Virus record (IMG/VR): IMGVR_UViG_3300027573_000035 | Location: 1-56,369 of that record | Length of the DNA: 56,369 nucleotides | Strand: one strand, 5' to 3' | From: a virus | Taxonomy: Duplodnaviria; Caudoviricetes | Shown here: positions 28,715-39,242 of the stretch, piece after piece | Layout: the number at the start of each line of letters is the position of its first letter | How positions within the stretch are numbered: position 1 is the first letter of the stretch | Program-made: the position numbers and the translations under genes | The notes under the pieces: generated by a model | Seen by the model: only the letters and a program-made list of their open reading frames with translations | Databases searched by the model: none | Told to the model about the DNA's origin: nothing

Positions 28715-29300
28715 AAACATAGTTGAATCAATCAACAGCAAAATAAAGGATGGACCCTTGAAATGTTTTCCTGCAAATAAAGTGATGACTTATGGAATCA
28801 CTGAATCAATCCTTGATGCATCAAATCAGGAAGGTCAAAGACCTATAAGATATCCAATAACGGTTGATGATAAAGGTGAAGGAAGGCAGGTGGCAGTGAA
28901 TGACCTTTTTGATATCACCATTTATCACAAGCTTGAATCAATCACAACAACACTTGACCCAAGGAAAGGATTTGGTGACAGTCATGGAACCTTTTTTGAA
29001 ATTGCAAATCTTGCAATGATGGTTCTTGCCTTCAGGGATAAAACAGGCAAAACTGCATCATGGTTGGAAATGGCAATCAAGGACAGTATGCCAAATATTT
29101 ATAGACTTGTTGACAAGCAGGACAGGAAGTTGCAGGATTCTTTTTTGCAACCAACACAATCAAATTTTGATAAACCTTCATTGTTGTCAAGGGAGTATTC
29201 AGATGTTGTTTTGAATTATCCAAGTTTGGTTGTTTTTGAAATCAGATACAGGATTGAAAGCAATTATCAACAAGGTTGTTTTCATTGCAATTGTGCTTAA
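28701..29300 (+). CDS. tail terminator protein (putative)
   Basis: Synteny: directly before the tail tube candidate. Confidence 0.5.
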   Translation: MPFLENIVESINSKIKDGPLKCFPANKVMTYGITESILDASNQEGQRPIRYPITVDDKGEGRQVAVNDLFDITIYHKLESITTTLDPRKGFGDSHGTFFEIANLAMMVLAFRDKTGKTASWLEMAIKDSMPNIYRLVDKQDRKLQDSFLQPTQSNFDKPSLLSREYSDVVLNYPSLVVFEIRYRIESNYQQGCFHCNCA

Positions 29301-29331
29301 AAAAAATTATTTAACATTAAAATTTTTCATT

Positions 29332-29937
29332 ATGCCTTATGATAGTTATTATGGCAATTGTGATGAAACAATTGACCCGCATTTTTGCCGTGTTTGTGAT
29401 GACAAAACTGAAAAAGGACGTATCAGAAGGGGTGGATGGTTGAAAAGTTCATCATATGCTTCAGTGATGGCAAATCCAATTGACCCTGCTGTTTGGGCTG
29501 CTGCACTTGCTGCTGGTGAATTTATTGCCTTGCCTGAATTGTCAGGAACCTTTGACGGTGGTGCGCCAAAATATACTGCCGGATATGGTGATGTAAAAGA
29601 AAAGTATGATGGCAGTGATTTTACTGCAACAATCAAAGACCCGTTATACACTGAAAATTGGCAGCATTACAATTCAATTGTTGGAAAAAGCAATTGGCAC
29701 CTTGTTTATTGCACTGAATCACAAACACATGTTTCAGGAAAACCGGTCACAGTTGCACCAAAAAATCCAATCACGGAAAATGTGGATGATGATGTCATCT
29801 GGGAATCTGAAGTGAAGTGGTTTGAATGGTTCACACCTGCACCACATGCAGTGCCACAAGAAGTCTTTGCATGTGAACCACCTGAAGAAGAAGAACCTGC
29901 ATTGATGGTCCGTGAAAGTGAATTGACTGAAAGCTGA
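29332..29937 (+). CDS. major tail tube protein (putative)
   Basis: ~200 aa acidic beta protein after neck genes, followed by a terminator. Confidence 0.6.
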   Translation: MPYDSYYGNCDETIDPHFCRVCDDKTEKGRIRRGGWLKSSSYASVMANPIDPAVWAAALAAGEFIALPELSGTFDGGAPKYTAGYGDVKEKYDGSDFTATIKDPLYTENWQHYNSIVGKSNWHLVYCTESQTHVSGKPVTVAPKNPITENVDDDVIWESEVKWFEWFTPAPHAVPQEVFACEPPEEEEPALMVRESELTES

Positions 29938-29957
29938 TATTGGGTTGGTTAAGTAGT

Positions 29958-29982
29958 GGCAGGCAGAAATGTCTGCCTTTTT
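29958..29982 (+). terminator. intrinsic terminator
   Basis: GGCAGGCA-GAAA-TGTCTGCC plus T5. Confidence 0.8.
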
Positions 29983-30010
29983 AAATATTAATTAATTTTA
30001 ATTTAATGCC

Positions 30011-30184
30011 ATGCAATTAATCACTTTTATCTGCATCATGATGGTTTTTGTTTTCAATGTCATGCAGAAGCTTTATGAATGGGCGCAAAATCCAAACATT
30101 AAGACACTGATGATTTTTGAAATACTGAAGGCACTTGCAGGAATCATTGGGTTTGGTTTACTGATTTTTAAAATACTAACATGA
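30011..30184 (+). CDS. small two-TM membrane protein (holin candidate)
   Basis: Manually translated 57 aa with two hydrophobic segments; ATGA-coupled to next gene. Confidence 0.6.
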   Translation: MQLITFICIMMVFVFNVMQKLYEWAQNPNIKTLMIFEILKALAGIIGFGLLIFKILT

Positions 30185-33100
30185 AGCTGAAAATCACTTT
30201 CAAAGTGCCGGAAAATTGCAAGGCATCTGCTGACATTTATAGTGCTGATAATATCAAGCTTCAAAACTTATGGAATCAAAGGTTGGTATATACGGGAAGG
30301 ACATACACTGAATGGCTTGATACAGACCTTCCTGTTGGCAGTGCATACAAGCTTGTGTTGACCACCAACAACATGAAAACGGTCTGGGAAGGTGTCATTG
30401 GAAACACTTCACTGAAGCAATCAGGACCAACCATTTTCTGGAACATGCAGCAGGCACAAGATTTGGATGCAGGTGTTGATTCTTATTTTTATTGCACTGG
30501 CTACAATGAAGGCAAGACTTCCTGTTTCAGAATGCTTAAAACAAATACAGGTGAATCAAAACCTATCTACCCAAAAAGGGGCATGAATGGTCTGCATGTG
30601 GTGGTTAAAGATGGAATTGTTTATTGGTGTGGCACTGATGGTGGAAGGTGGAAATCATATGCTGATGAATTTATTGAAAGGTGGATTGATAAGAAAATGA
30701 CACTGGCAGCAGCATGTGAAGGAATGGGAGAAGCAACATATGACAAAGTTAAAAAAGGTTTATATGCAGTTGTTGGTGCAGGTGATTTGTTTGCAGGTTA
30801 TAGAAAACCGGAATATAACAAAGCAGGTTTCACACAATGGTTTTCCACATATTGTGTAAAGGATATTTGGTGCAGGACCATGGCAGGCATTTGGGCAAGT
30901 AAGGAATCAGACAACAGTCAGGTGAATTTCTTATTTGGCAAGGCATATCAGCCTTCATTGGGCATGAATTATCCATCAATGATAATATATGAAGGTGACC
31001 TTGCAGACGTGACAGGATTGGCTGTCAGTGACCATTGCATATATGCTTCATTTGGTGGTTTGGCATGGGGCATGCAAAGTGCTGATTTAATCAGGGTTTA
31101 TAATAAGCAAGGTCAACTTATTAATGAAGTCAGTGCAGTGGCACCAAAAAAAATGATTGTGGTTGATGACTTCCTTTATTACTGTTCAAAAAAATCAATT
31201 ATTCGTGCAAAGATTGCTGAAGATGGAACCATTGAAAATGATGCTTCATGGTCAATGGATTTGGATTGGACCATGCTTGATGTTTCATTTGATAAATTGA
31301 CCGGCACCATTTCAACAGCTTCTTCAGATGGTTTAATCAGGTATTATGACCGTGAATTGAATTTGAAATCCAACAAAGGCAATCCTATAAATTACTGGGA
31401 CAATCCAAAAGTTTTTGATGACAAATTTTACTGGGAAGATTGGCGTTTGCAATATGAAGCTTTCCTTGCCACTGACATCAATGGACTTCAATTGATTGGT
31501 GATGGTGGCAATCAAAGGATTCAGATTTTTGACCGGTCATTTGCTTTTCAAAAAAGCATTGGGTGGTTGTCCACTTCTTATCATGTTGGAGTGGTTGACA
31601 ACAGGATTTTTTCTGAATACCTTGAATTTGAACGTGACCTTGCATCACCAACATCATTGAAATGGAAGTTGGTTAATAACTGGGGTTATAATGTCACTTA
31701 TGACTGGGACAACATGTATGTGAAATTGGACATGCCATTTGTGCTTGGTGGAAAGACTTATGCAAGAATGCAGTCACTTCCATATAATAAAATCATGTTG
31801 GTTGAATTGGACCCAGATTATGGAATCAGGTTTTTGAATCAGGTTGCAGCAGCAAATAAATATAATACTTTAATTTATCCTGATGGTTGCATTTATAGTG
31901 ATGTTTCAGGAAGTGGAATGGCAAGGATTAACAAGCAGCAATTTTTGACAGTGAATGCTGATGGCACTTTCAAGTGGGCTGCACTTGTAAGGGTTGTAAA
32001 TTCTGAAGTATTACCGGCAGGAAGTGCATTCAATAACATGTCCAAACGAATTTTTGAAACTTCAGGAAGTAAATTGTTCATGTACAATGCACACAGAACA
32101 ACATCAGGATATCATCTGACTGCTGTTGACATGTCAACAGGAAAACATGTTGTCAGTGAATTTCCTTCAACACATGCCGGTTATAGGGGAGAATATAAGA
32201 ATGACACCTTTGACATTGGAAATGGTGTTGTTTACCCAGGTGGTCAATTTGTGGTCCTTACAGTGATGATAAATGGCAAACCACAATGCTTTATTGCCTG
32301 CAATTATCATGGTGAATTTTGGGGTGCAGGACAGTGTAATAAATGGCACATTTTTGATGGTGACCTTGTTGCCTTACATACACATGGCACTGAATCAAAA
32401 ACCATCAACAAACAAGGCATTCCTAAACCTGCTCCAATGATGGCAGGCAACTCATTTTCAGGAAATTTTGTGCAGGATGGTGAATATTTAAGAATATATC
32501 ACAATGATGAAGGATGGCATTCAGGCATCCATTCAATCAGGGTTGAAGGATGGCAGACGGTAAAAAAATATGAATTTGCTGCACAAGTTTATAATGTTTC
32601 AGACAGTCCTTTCTTAATATTTCCACTGAAAAAACTTCCTGCATATGGTGAAATAAAAGATGGTGATGCAGGATGGACAATGATTCCTGAAGCTTCCTAT
32701 AATATCAATGCTAACAACCGTTATTCAGTGCAATCAGGTTTAAAGTTTTTAAGTAAAACAGAACCACCTGATTTGCATGTGTATTTCAGGACAGCACAAT
32801 CAAGATGCATTGTGTCTTATCCAATTGACCCTGTCAGCATGTCCAAGTGGTCCTTCAACTGCATGATAAATCTTGAAGGAAATTATCATTCAAGGGATAA
32901 TGGAAAGACCATGGCAAACAAGCTGCAATTATTGGACAGTGCCGGAAAGGTAATTTTTGAATTATATCCTGTCATTGATTATGCAAAAAGGATTGTGAAA
33001 TTATGGATGAATGATAAGTTGGTTTTTGAACTGCCTGAAAGCAAGGCAAATAAAATATTGACCTATTTTCAAACGGTTATTTGTTGGTGCAGCAATGGCA

Positions 33101-33252
33101 TCATAAGTGGAAAGTTTGCAAATTATCCTGCTGTTATTCTTGGAACGATTGAAAACAAACCTGCACTGATAAGGGTCTTAATGTATAACACAATCACAAC
33201 CACCTTTGACCAGCATTCAAGTTTGATAAGAATGAAATTCAACAGAAGATGA
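30181..33252 (+). CDS. large beta-propeller protein with FlgD-Ig-like N-terminus
   Basis: KITFKVP..ASADIYSAD..LQNLW N-terminus; NHL-like repeats (GLAVSD, IGDGGNQRIQIFD); 1023 aa. Confidence 0.6.
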   Translation: MKLKITFKVPENCKASADIYSADNIKLQNLWNQRLVYTGRTYTEWLDTDLPVGSAYKLVLTTNNMKTVWEGVIGNTSLKQSGPTIFWNMQQAQDLDAGVDSYFYCTGYNEGKTSCFRMLKTNTGESKPIYPKRGMNGLHVVVKDGIVYWCGTDGGRWKSYADEFIERWIDKKMTLAAACEGMGEATYDKVKKGLYAVVGAGDLFAGYRKPEYNKAGFTQWFSTYCVKDIWCRTMAGIWASKESDNSQVNFLFGKAYQPSLGMNYPSMIIYEGDLADVTGLAVSDHCIYASFGGLAWGMQSADLIRVYNKQGQLINEVSAVAPKKMIVVDDFLYYCSKKSIIRAKIAEDGTIENDASWSMDLDWTMLDVSFDKLTGTISTASSDGLIRYYDRELNLKSNKGNPINYWDNPKVFDDKFYWEDWRLQYEAFLATDINGLQLIGDGGNQRIQIFDRSFAFQKSIGWLSTSYHVGVVDNRIFSEYLEFERDLASPTSLKWKLVNNWGYNVTYDWDNMYVKLDMPFVLGGKTYARMQSLPYNKIMLVELDPDYGIRFLNQVAAANKYNTLIYPDGCIYSDVSGSGMARINKQQFLTVNADGTFKWAALVRVVNSEVLPAGSAFNNMSKRIFETSGSKLFMYNAHRTTSGYHLTAVDMSTGKHVVSEFPSTHAGYRGEYKNDTFDIGNGVVYPGGQFVVLTVMINGKPQCFIACNYHGEFWGAGQCNKWHIFDGDLVALHTHGTESKTINKQGIPKPAPMMAGNSFSGNFVQDGEYLRIYHNDEGWHSGIHSIRVEGWQTVKKYEFAAQVYNVSDSPFLIFPLKKLPAYGEIKDGDAGWTMIPEASYNINANNRYSVQSGLKFLSKTEPPDLHVYFRTAQSRCIVSYPIDPVSMSKWSFNCMINLEGNYHSRDNGKTMANKLQLLDSAGKVIFELYPVIDYAKRIVKLWMNDKLVFELPESKANKILTYFQTVICWCSNGIISGKFANYPAVILGTIENKPALIRVLMYNTITTTFDQHSSLIRMKFNRR

Positions 33253-33253
33253 A

Positions 33254-33439
33254 ATGAATATTTTCACACTGCTTGCAAAATTGACTGAAAGCCAATTGCA
33301 CATTTTGGTTGAAGTGGTCAAGGCAGTTGTTGCATTAATAATTTTCATCATAATATGGAAGAAGAAAAAAAAAGATAAAAAAAGAATTGACAACCATATT
33401 GAAAAATCAGAAAAACCTGATTCAACAATTGAAAAATAA
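33254..33439 (+). CDS. single-TM membrane protein with basic tail (lysis-protein candidate)
   Basis: AVVALIIFIIIW followed by KKKKKDKK. Confidence 0.55.
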   Translation: MNIFTLLAKLTESQLHILVEVVKAVVALIIFIIIWKKKKKDKKRIDNHIEKSEKPDSTIEK

Positions 33440-33475
33440 TAATAAATATTTTATAAACAATTTTAATTTAAAATC

Positions 33476-33910
33476 ATGGAACCATTCAAAGCTTTAATTG
33501 TGCCATTGACTAAACCACCTAAACCACCAATAACAGGTGGACCACCTGAAATCAATCATGACCTTCCACTGTTTCCTTTTCATCCAATTGTGGTGCCACC
33601 CAATGGAACATGGCCTGGGGTGCCACCTGTTGAACCACCTGATGGTGTTGAACCACCTTACATTGATATTGGACTTCCTTTATTTCCTTTTCACCCAATT
33701 GCAGGCTTTGACCCTATTCACGGCACATGGCCTGAAGGACCAGAACAACCAACTGACCCAAATGCACCTGCACCAAGTCATCCAATAAACCTGCCACCTT
33801 CAGATTCAGGTTATTGGGTGTTTGTTTATATTCCTGATGTTGGTTGGTCATGGATTGCAATAACACCACAACCATTGCCACCAAACACAACACATCCACA
33901 ACCTAAATAA
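33476..33910 (+). CDS. proline-rich repeat protein
   Basis: Duplicated LPLFPFHPI..GTWP units and GYWVFVYIPDVGWSW. Confidence 0.75.
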   Translation: MEPFKALIVPLTKPPKPPITGGPPEINHDLPLFPFHPIVVPPNGTWPGVPPVEPPDGVEPPYIDIGLPLFPFHPIAGFDPIHGTWPEGPEQPTDPNAPAPSHPINLPPSDSGYWVFVYIPDVGWSWIAITPQPLPPNTTHPQPK

Positions 33911-33959
33911 ACCAACCTTTAAAGGCACCAATTATTAAACAATTTTAAAATAACCAACC

Positions 33960-35339
33960 ATGCCAAGATTCAGAACAACATCAGGAAGCTTGATTTTCAT
34001 TGAAGATTTTGAAGGTCTGAAATGCTTTCCTGTCAATCAAAATGAAAAGCCAACTTTAAACACAACACATGCCATTGAAAATAATGGTAGTGCTGAAGCA
34101 TTATCATTTCCATTTTATCAAGGAAGTAAGTGTGCAAGGTTCAGGCTGATAAAAACTGAACCACTATTTCAGGGAACCACATACAGGACAGAAGTGACCA
34201 TTGTCAAGGCTGAAGATGATGCAAGGGTCACACCTGAAAGCTGGTATTCATTCAAGTTCCTTTTTCCAACTGATGGTGGTGGTGCAGATGAAAGAAAATC
34301 ATCCATCAACCAATGGTTTGAAGATGGTGGAAATGAACTGACGTTAAGAACAAAAAACGGCATCTGTTTTCTTGAACTTGAAAATGGTGGAAAGGTTTAT
34401 ACATGGGATATTTTCAGCACTGCAAAAAATGTGGTTGATGGAAGTGTTGAAAATATAACAGGTTTTGCAAATCATCCTTTTGATGCATGGAACCAAATTG
34501 TTTTTCACATCAATCACAAGCTTGATGCAACAGGTTTCATTGAAATTTATAAAAATGGTGTGAAGGTTCATGAATACCATGGACCAACCATCCATGATAA
34601 GGTTCCAAAATGGAAACTTGGACTTTATTCAAGTCAGTCACGTTCAACACTGCCATATAAAATCATGTTTTTTGATGACATCAGGGTTGGCAATAACACT
34701 GCAACACTTGGTGACATGGTTGGTGGCACTGGTGGTGGTATTGTTCCACCTGTTCCACCTGTCACTGATGAATTGAACTTGATGGTTGACAATGACCAAG
34801 TGCTTGAACTTCCTGTCAATGCAACAACATTTGTATCAAGAATCAGTGGCATGAAAGCAGGTGCATATGTGGTTAAATTAAGTGCAACCGGTCCTGATGG
34901 TGCAGCAGCAACAGATGAAATCAAAATTGATGTGAAACCTGTTGAAGTGATTCCACCTGAACCACCTGACACAAGTGAACCAATCAAGGCTTTCATCTTG
35001 GTGAATGCTGAAACTGAAAAAGATGTTGTGACCATTGCTGAAGGTGCATCAATCAGCCTTGCAACATCAGGCAATAAATTAAATGTGAAGGTGACCACCA
35101 ATGAGAATGTCAATCGTGTTGAATTTGTTTGTACAGGACCAACACCAAAATCAAGCAATGATAAAGGAACACCATTCACATTGCAGGGTGACAGTTTAAG
35201 GACTGATGGTTCAGTTAATTATAATTATGGTAACTGGGGTCCACCTGCCATTGGTGCCTATAAAATTGTTGCCAAACCTTTTGACTCAACAGGAAAAGAA
35301 ATGACCGGCAAGACAATAAATTTTTCATTCAAAGCTTAA
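33960..35339 (+). CDS. polysaccharide lyase-like protein (heparin lyase I-like jelly roll) with PKD/Ig-like C-terminus
   Basis: RTEV, WYSFKFLFP, QW, KWKLGLY, FFDDIRVG motifs, then a PKD-like fragment. Confidence 0.7.
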   Translation: MPRFRTTSGSLIFIEDFEGLKCFPVNQNEKPTLNTTHAIENNGSAEALSFPFYQGSKCARFRLIKTEPLFQGTTYRTEVTIVKAEDDARVTPESWYSFKFLFPTDGGGADERKSSINQWFEDGGNELTLRTKNGICFLELENGGKVYTWDIFSTAKNVVDGSVENITGFANHPFDAWNQIVFHINHKLDATGFIEIYKNGVKVHEYHGPTIHDKVPKWKLGLYSSQSRSTLPYKIMFFDDIRVGNNTATLGDMVGGTGGGIVPPVPPVTDELNLMVDNDQVLELPVNATTFVSRISGMKAGAYVVKLSATGPDGAAATDEIKIDVKPVEVIPPEPPDTSEPIKAFILVNAETEKDVVTIAEGASISLATSGNKLNVKVTTNENVNRVEFVCTGPTPKSSNDKGTPFTLQGDSLRTDGSVNYNYGNWGPPAIGAYKIVAKPFDSTGKEMTGKTINFSFKA

Positions 35340-35521
35340 CAGTAAAAAAAAATAATTCTTTACCGTATTTAATCTTATTTAATCAGTTTCTTTTCTTTTT
35401 ATTAACTGTTTGTTTCTTTTTGTTCATTATTGGTTGATTGATTGATTCATTGTGGTTTTTGGCATTGCAATAATATTATTTTTAGTCATTATCTTAATTG
35501 GTCAATCAACCAATAAAGAAA

Positions 35522-36094
35522 ATGATTAAGCTGAACTATATAAAATTTGATGTCAGTGAAAGATTGTGGAATAGTTGTGCAGATTATGTCAGATTATATC
35601 CACTTGGTTTAAGAAGTCATCACAATGGAAGGTTTGAACAGCAGGTGAATGGATTAGTTACACAAGTTCTTATTCACAGAGATTTGATTGGTAAGTTTCC
35701 AAATTTGCATTTGAAGAAACATGGTGATGATGGTGGAATTGATATTGATTATATTGGAAAAATCATTGATGTGAAATCAACAGGCAGAAATTGCTTTGCA
35801 CAACCACACTTTGAACAGAATGTCCTTCAATGTCAGGCAGGTTATTATAATGACACTTATGTTTTTTGTAATTATAATATAAAAAGACAGATTGTTGAAG
35901 CAGTTGGATGGTTGCCAAAACCAAAAGTGATAAATGAAGAACATTTTTGTCCATCTGGAACAGTCAGAACCCGTGACAATGGTTCATCATTCATCATGAC
36001 TGAACCTTGTTATGAAATTCAATATCATGAATTATATGATTATAATTCTTTAAAAAATGCGCAATCATTTGTGCAGTCAAAATTGATTTTATGA
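35522..36094 (+). CDS. PD-(D/E)XK endonuclease-like protein
   Basis: DDGGIDI...IDVKST catalytic pattern, DTYVFC, VGW. Confidence 0.7.
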   Translation: MIKLNYIKFDVSERLWNSCADYVRLYPLGLRSHHNGRFEQQVNGLVTQVLIHRDLIGKFPNLHLKKHGDDGGIDIDYIGKIIDVKSTGRNCFAQPHFEQNVLQCQAGYYNDTYVFCNYNIKRQIVEAVGWLPKPKVINEEHFCPSGTVRTRDNGSSFIMTEPCYEIQYHELYDYNSLKNAQSFVQSKLIL

Positions 36095-36465
36095 ATGAAG
36101 CATGTGAACCAAAAGTGTATGAATATTTTGTTCCCTATCATATCAGGGTCATGCAGAATGATTCAACCAACAATCTTCAGTTCCAATTAAAAGACCCGTA
36201 TTTTTCACAAGGTCTTGAAGATGCAACCATTAAAATGCAAATACGGGATTTGACAACTGATGCCTTGATGAAGGAACTGTCAACTGAAGACGGCACCATC
36301 TTGATTCAGGATGCAACAGAATGCATTTTTGATGTCCTGCCTTATGTATGTGACTTAAATGTGAAGGTGTACAAATATGACATTCAAATCACTTATAACA
36401 ATGGCATGGTGAAAACAAGGTTCAAAGATAAATACACTGTTTTAAAAGATGTAACACATGATTGA
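36091..36465 (+). CDS. BppU-like baseplate/fibre attachment protein
   Basis: ATIKMQIR...YKYDIQITY...KDVT; precedes fibre genes. Confidence 0.6.
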   Translation: MNEACEPKVYEYFVPYHIRVMQNDSTNNLQFQLKDPYFSQGLEDATIKMQIRDLTTDALMKELSTEDGTILIQDATECIFDVLPYVCDLNVKVYKYDIQITYNNGMVKTRFKDKYTVLKDVTHD

Positions 36466-38095
36466 AGTCACCATCACTGAAGCAGGCAACATTATTGAAT
36501 CAACCATCAGTGAAAATGGACAGGTGAAGGTTGAAGCAAGTGTTGTTGAAATACCTGTCAAGGCATTTATAAACGGCAATGACCTTGGTGTTGGCATCCC
36601 AGGTCCAATTGGACCGATTGGTGAAACTGGTCCTGAAGGTCCAATTGGTCCTGAAGGTCCACAAGGCATCCAAGGCATTGAAGGTCCAATTGGTCCTGTT
36701 GGTCCTGTTGGACCACAAGGTGAACAAGGCATTCAGGGTGAACAAGGCATTCAGGGTGAAATAGGTCCACAAGGTCCACAAGGCAATGTTGGTGAACAAG
36801 GTGAAGATGGTGGCAGCACAAGCCTTTTTGAATACAATTATTCAACCAATTCAACACCACCACCATCAGCAGGAACTTTCCGGTCAAATGCTGCCACTGC
36901 TGCAACATCCACCATCATTTGGATTCACAGACTTGACATCAGCAATGCAGACAGGAAGATTTTTTTAATGATTGCAAAAACAGGCAGCACTTTTTATGTG
37001 CAGGATGTTGACAATTCAGCAGTTTTTGCAAGGTATTTATTGACAAGTGACCCTGTTGATGATGGCAATTATATCACCATGAACATTGCCTTTCAAGATG
37101 GTGGTGCAGGTTCATTGACAGGCACATCAAGATGCTTGCTTGGTGTTTATGTTCTTGGTCCTGCCGGTCCTGTTGGTCCACAAGGTCCAATTGGTCCACA
37201 AGGTCCGATTGGTGCAACAGGTGTGCAGGGTCCACAAGGTGTGCAGGGTCCAACAGGTCCACAAGGCATCCAAGGTCCAACAGGTGCCACTGGTGCCACT
37301 GGTGCAGCAGGTGGAAGTACAAGCTTATTTGAATATAATTATTCAACAACACATGCTGCACCACCATCAGCAGGAACAGTAAGGTCAAACACCCAACCGG
37401 CACCAACAACCACCATTGGTTGGATTCACAGATTGGACATAACAAATGCAGACAGGAAACCTTTTTTCATGCTTGCACAAACTGACACCATCCTTTATAT
37501 GCAGGACATTGATGATTCAAGCATATATGCAAGGTTTAAGTTGACAGGCAATCCAACTGACAATGGCAATTATATCACCATGCCAATTGTCTGGGTTGAA
37601 GGTGCAGGCACATTGATTGGCAATTTCAGGTGCCTTCTTGGTGTTTATGTCCCAGGTCCACAAGGACCACCAGGTGCTGGTTTCAGTGATGGTGATAAAG
37701 GTGACATGATTATCAGTGATAATGGTGAAACAATTGTGCTTGAACAGAATTTAAAGATTGACAGTAAAGGTGTGACAATTGATGGCATGGGAACAGTCAT
37801 ACTTGCATCAAACACTTCATATGGTTTTTCAATCATTCCATTTGCAGGAAGTGTCACTGGTTGGGATGTTCAGGCAGATGTTTCAGGAAGCATTGTCTTT
37901 GATGTGAAGGTTGGTGGCACTTCCATCATTGGTGCAGGTAATAAGCCAACCTTGTCTTCACAAGTCACCAATGCAGCAAGTGTTTCAGGATGGACAACAC
38001 CTGCCTTTGCACTTAATGATAAACTTGAATTTATTGCTGTTTCAGCATCAACAGTGACAAGGGTCACATTGACTTTATTTTTATTTAGAAATTAA
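36458..38095 (+). CDS. collagen-like tail fibre
   Basis: Two long Gly-X-Y tracts, each followed by a duplicated ~115 aa [13 protein letters not shown] domain. Confidence 0.85.
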   Translation: MIEVTITEAGNIIESTISENGQVKVEASVVEIPVKAFINGNDLGVGIPGPIGPIGETGPEGPIGPEGPQGIQGIEGPIGPVGPVGPQGEQGIQGEQGIQGEIGPQGPQGNVGEQGEDGGSTSLFEYNYSTNSTPPPSAGTFRSNAATAATSTIIWIHRLDISNADRKIFLMIAKTGSTFYVQDVDNSAVFARYLLTSDPVDDGNYITMNIAFQDGGAGSLTGTSRCLLGVYVLGPAGPVGPQGPIGPQGPIGATGVQGPQGVQGPTGPQGIQGPTGATGATGAAGGSTSLFEYNYSTTHAAPPSAGTVRSNTQPAPTTTIGWIHRLDITNADRKPFFMLAQTDTILYMQDIDDSSIYARFKLTGNPTDNGNYITMPIVWVEGAGTLIGNFRCLLGVYVPGPQGPPGAGFSDGDKGDMIISDNGETIVLEQNLKIDSKGVTIDGMGTVILASNTSYGFSIIPFAGSVTGWDVQADVSGSIVFDVKVGGTSIIGAGNKPTLSSQVTNAASVSGWTTPAFALNDKLEFIAVSASTVTRVTLTLFLFRN

Positions 38096-38102
38096 AAAAA
38101 AT

Positions 38103-39239
38103 ATGGCTGACAGATATTGGGTTGGTGGTGGTGGTAGTACAGCATGGAATGCAAGTCCTTCAAATTGGGGTACTGTTTCAGGTGGTGCAGGTGGTGCAAG
38201 TGTACCAACATCTTCAGATGCAGTCATCTTTGATGGTGCAGGTTCAACTGGTAATCAACAAATGACAATGGTTGCAACCGGAAACTGTTTATCACTTTTG
38301 ATAACAAGTGGATATACAGGAATCTTCAATCACGGCCAGACAATTGTTGCAAACGGAAATGTGACACTGGGTGCAAATTTTGTACAGGCAGGAACAGGAC
38401 AATTGACTGTTGCAGGAAATGCAACATTGACTTCCAATGGTGTCATATGGACTGGGATTTTAGCTTTAATAACAACAAACGGAATAAAAACCCTTGCTGA
38501 TGATTGGGAAATAAACGGGCTTTTAAATGTGGCAAATACGGCAGTCATGAATGGATTCAGCATGAAGGCAAATGGTGTGACCATGACTTCAGCCTTAACA
38601 GGGTCAACACATGTTATTTTAAAGGGTGGCATATGGTCTGGAACCCTTGCAATAAGTAATAATTTGACCTTTGATGGCAATGTGACTATAAGTGGCATTG
38701 TGACTTATAATACAGGAACATTCAAATATTTGTCAGGAAGTATCACAGTGACAGGTTCAACTTTTCAAATCAATGGTAGCTGCACAATTGATGCAACAGG
38801 AATGACATTTGACAGGGTCATCCCAATTTTAACTGCAACAATTACTTTATTAAGTAAATTGGATTCAAACAGGATTGAAAGCAATTTAGGCAACACAACT
38901 TTTGCAGGTGCATATGGTTGGGAATGCAATCTTTTAAATTGGACATTCACAACAGGTTCAACAACTATATTTCAGGAAGGCATTGAATATAAAATCAATA
39001 CACAATTCACCTGCAACCAGACAAGGATTGGCGCAACTGTAACTTTCAGAAGCAGTTCAGGAACCAATAAAGCAATCATCACTTTAAAGAATGGTGCAAT
39101 TTGCAGTGTGCTTGCAAACTTCACAAGGATTGATGCAAGTGGTGGAAGGACAATCACAACCTTTATTGGAACTGTAACTGACTGCATTAATATCATCAGG
39201 TATGATGGAAATTTACCAGATAACGCTTTAACTTTTTAA
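38103..39239 (+). CDS. beta-rich fibre / receptor-binding protein, paralogue 1
   Basis: MADRYWVGGG N-terminus; Thr/Gly beta repeats. Confidence 0.7.
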   Translation: MADRYWVGGGGSTAWNASPSNWGTVSGGAGGASVPTSSDAVIFDGAGSTGNQQMTMVATGNCLSLLITSGYTGIFNHGQTIVANGNVTLGANFVQAGTGQLTVAGNATLTSNGVIWTGILALITTNGIKTLADDWEINGLLNVANTAVMNGFSMKANGVTMTSALTGSTHVILKGGIWSGTLAISNNLTFDGNVTISGIVTYNTGTFKYLSGSITVTGSTFQINGSCTIDATGMTFDRVIPILTATITLLSKLDSNRIESNLGNTTFAGAYGWECNLLNWTFTTGSTTIFQEGIEYKINTQFTCNQTRIGATVTFRSSSGTNKAIITLKNGAICSVLANFTRIDASGGRTITTFIGTVTDCINIIRYDGNLPDNALTF

Positions 39240-39242
39240 ACC

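Noticed and set aside
29936-29982. TATTGGGTTGGTTAA plus hairpin as another anti-leader RNA
   Set aside because: Similar layout but a GAAA loop and only a short match; kept as an ordinary terminator.
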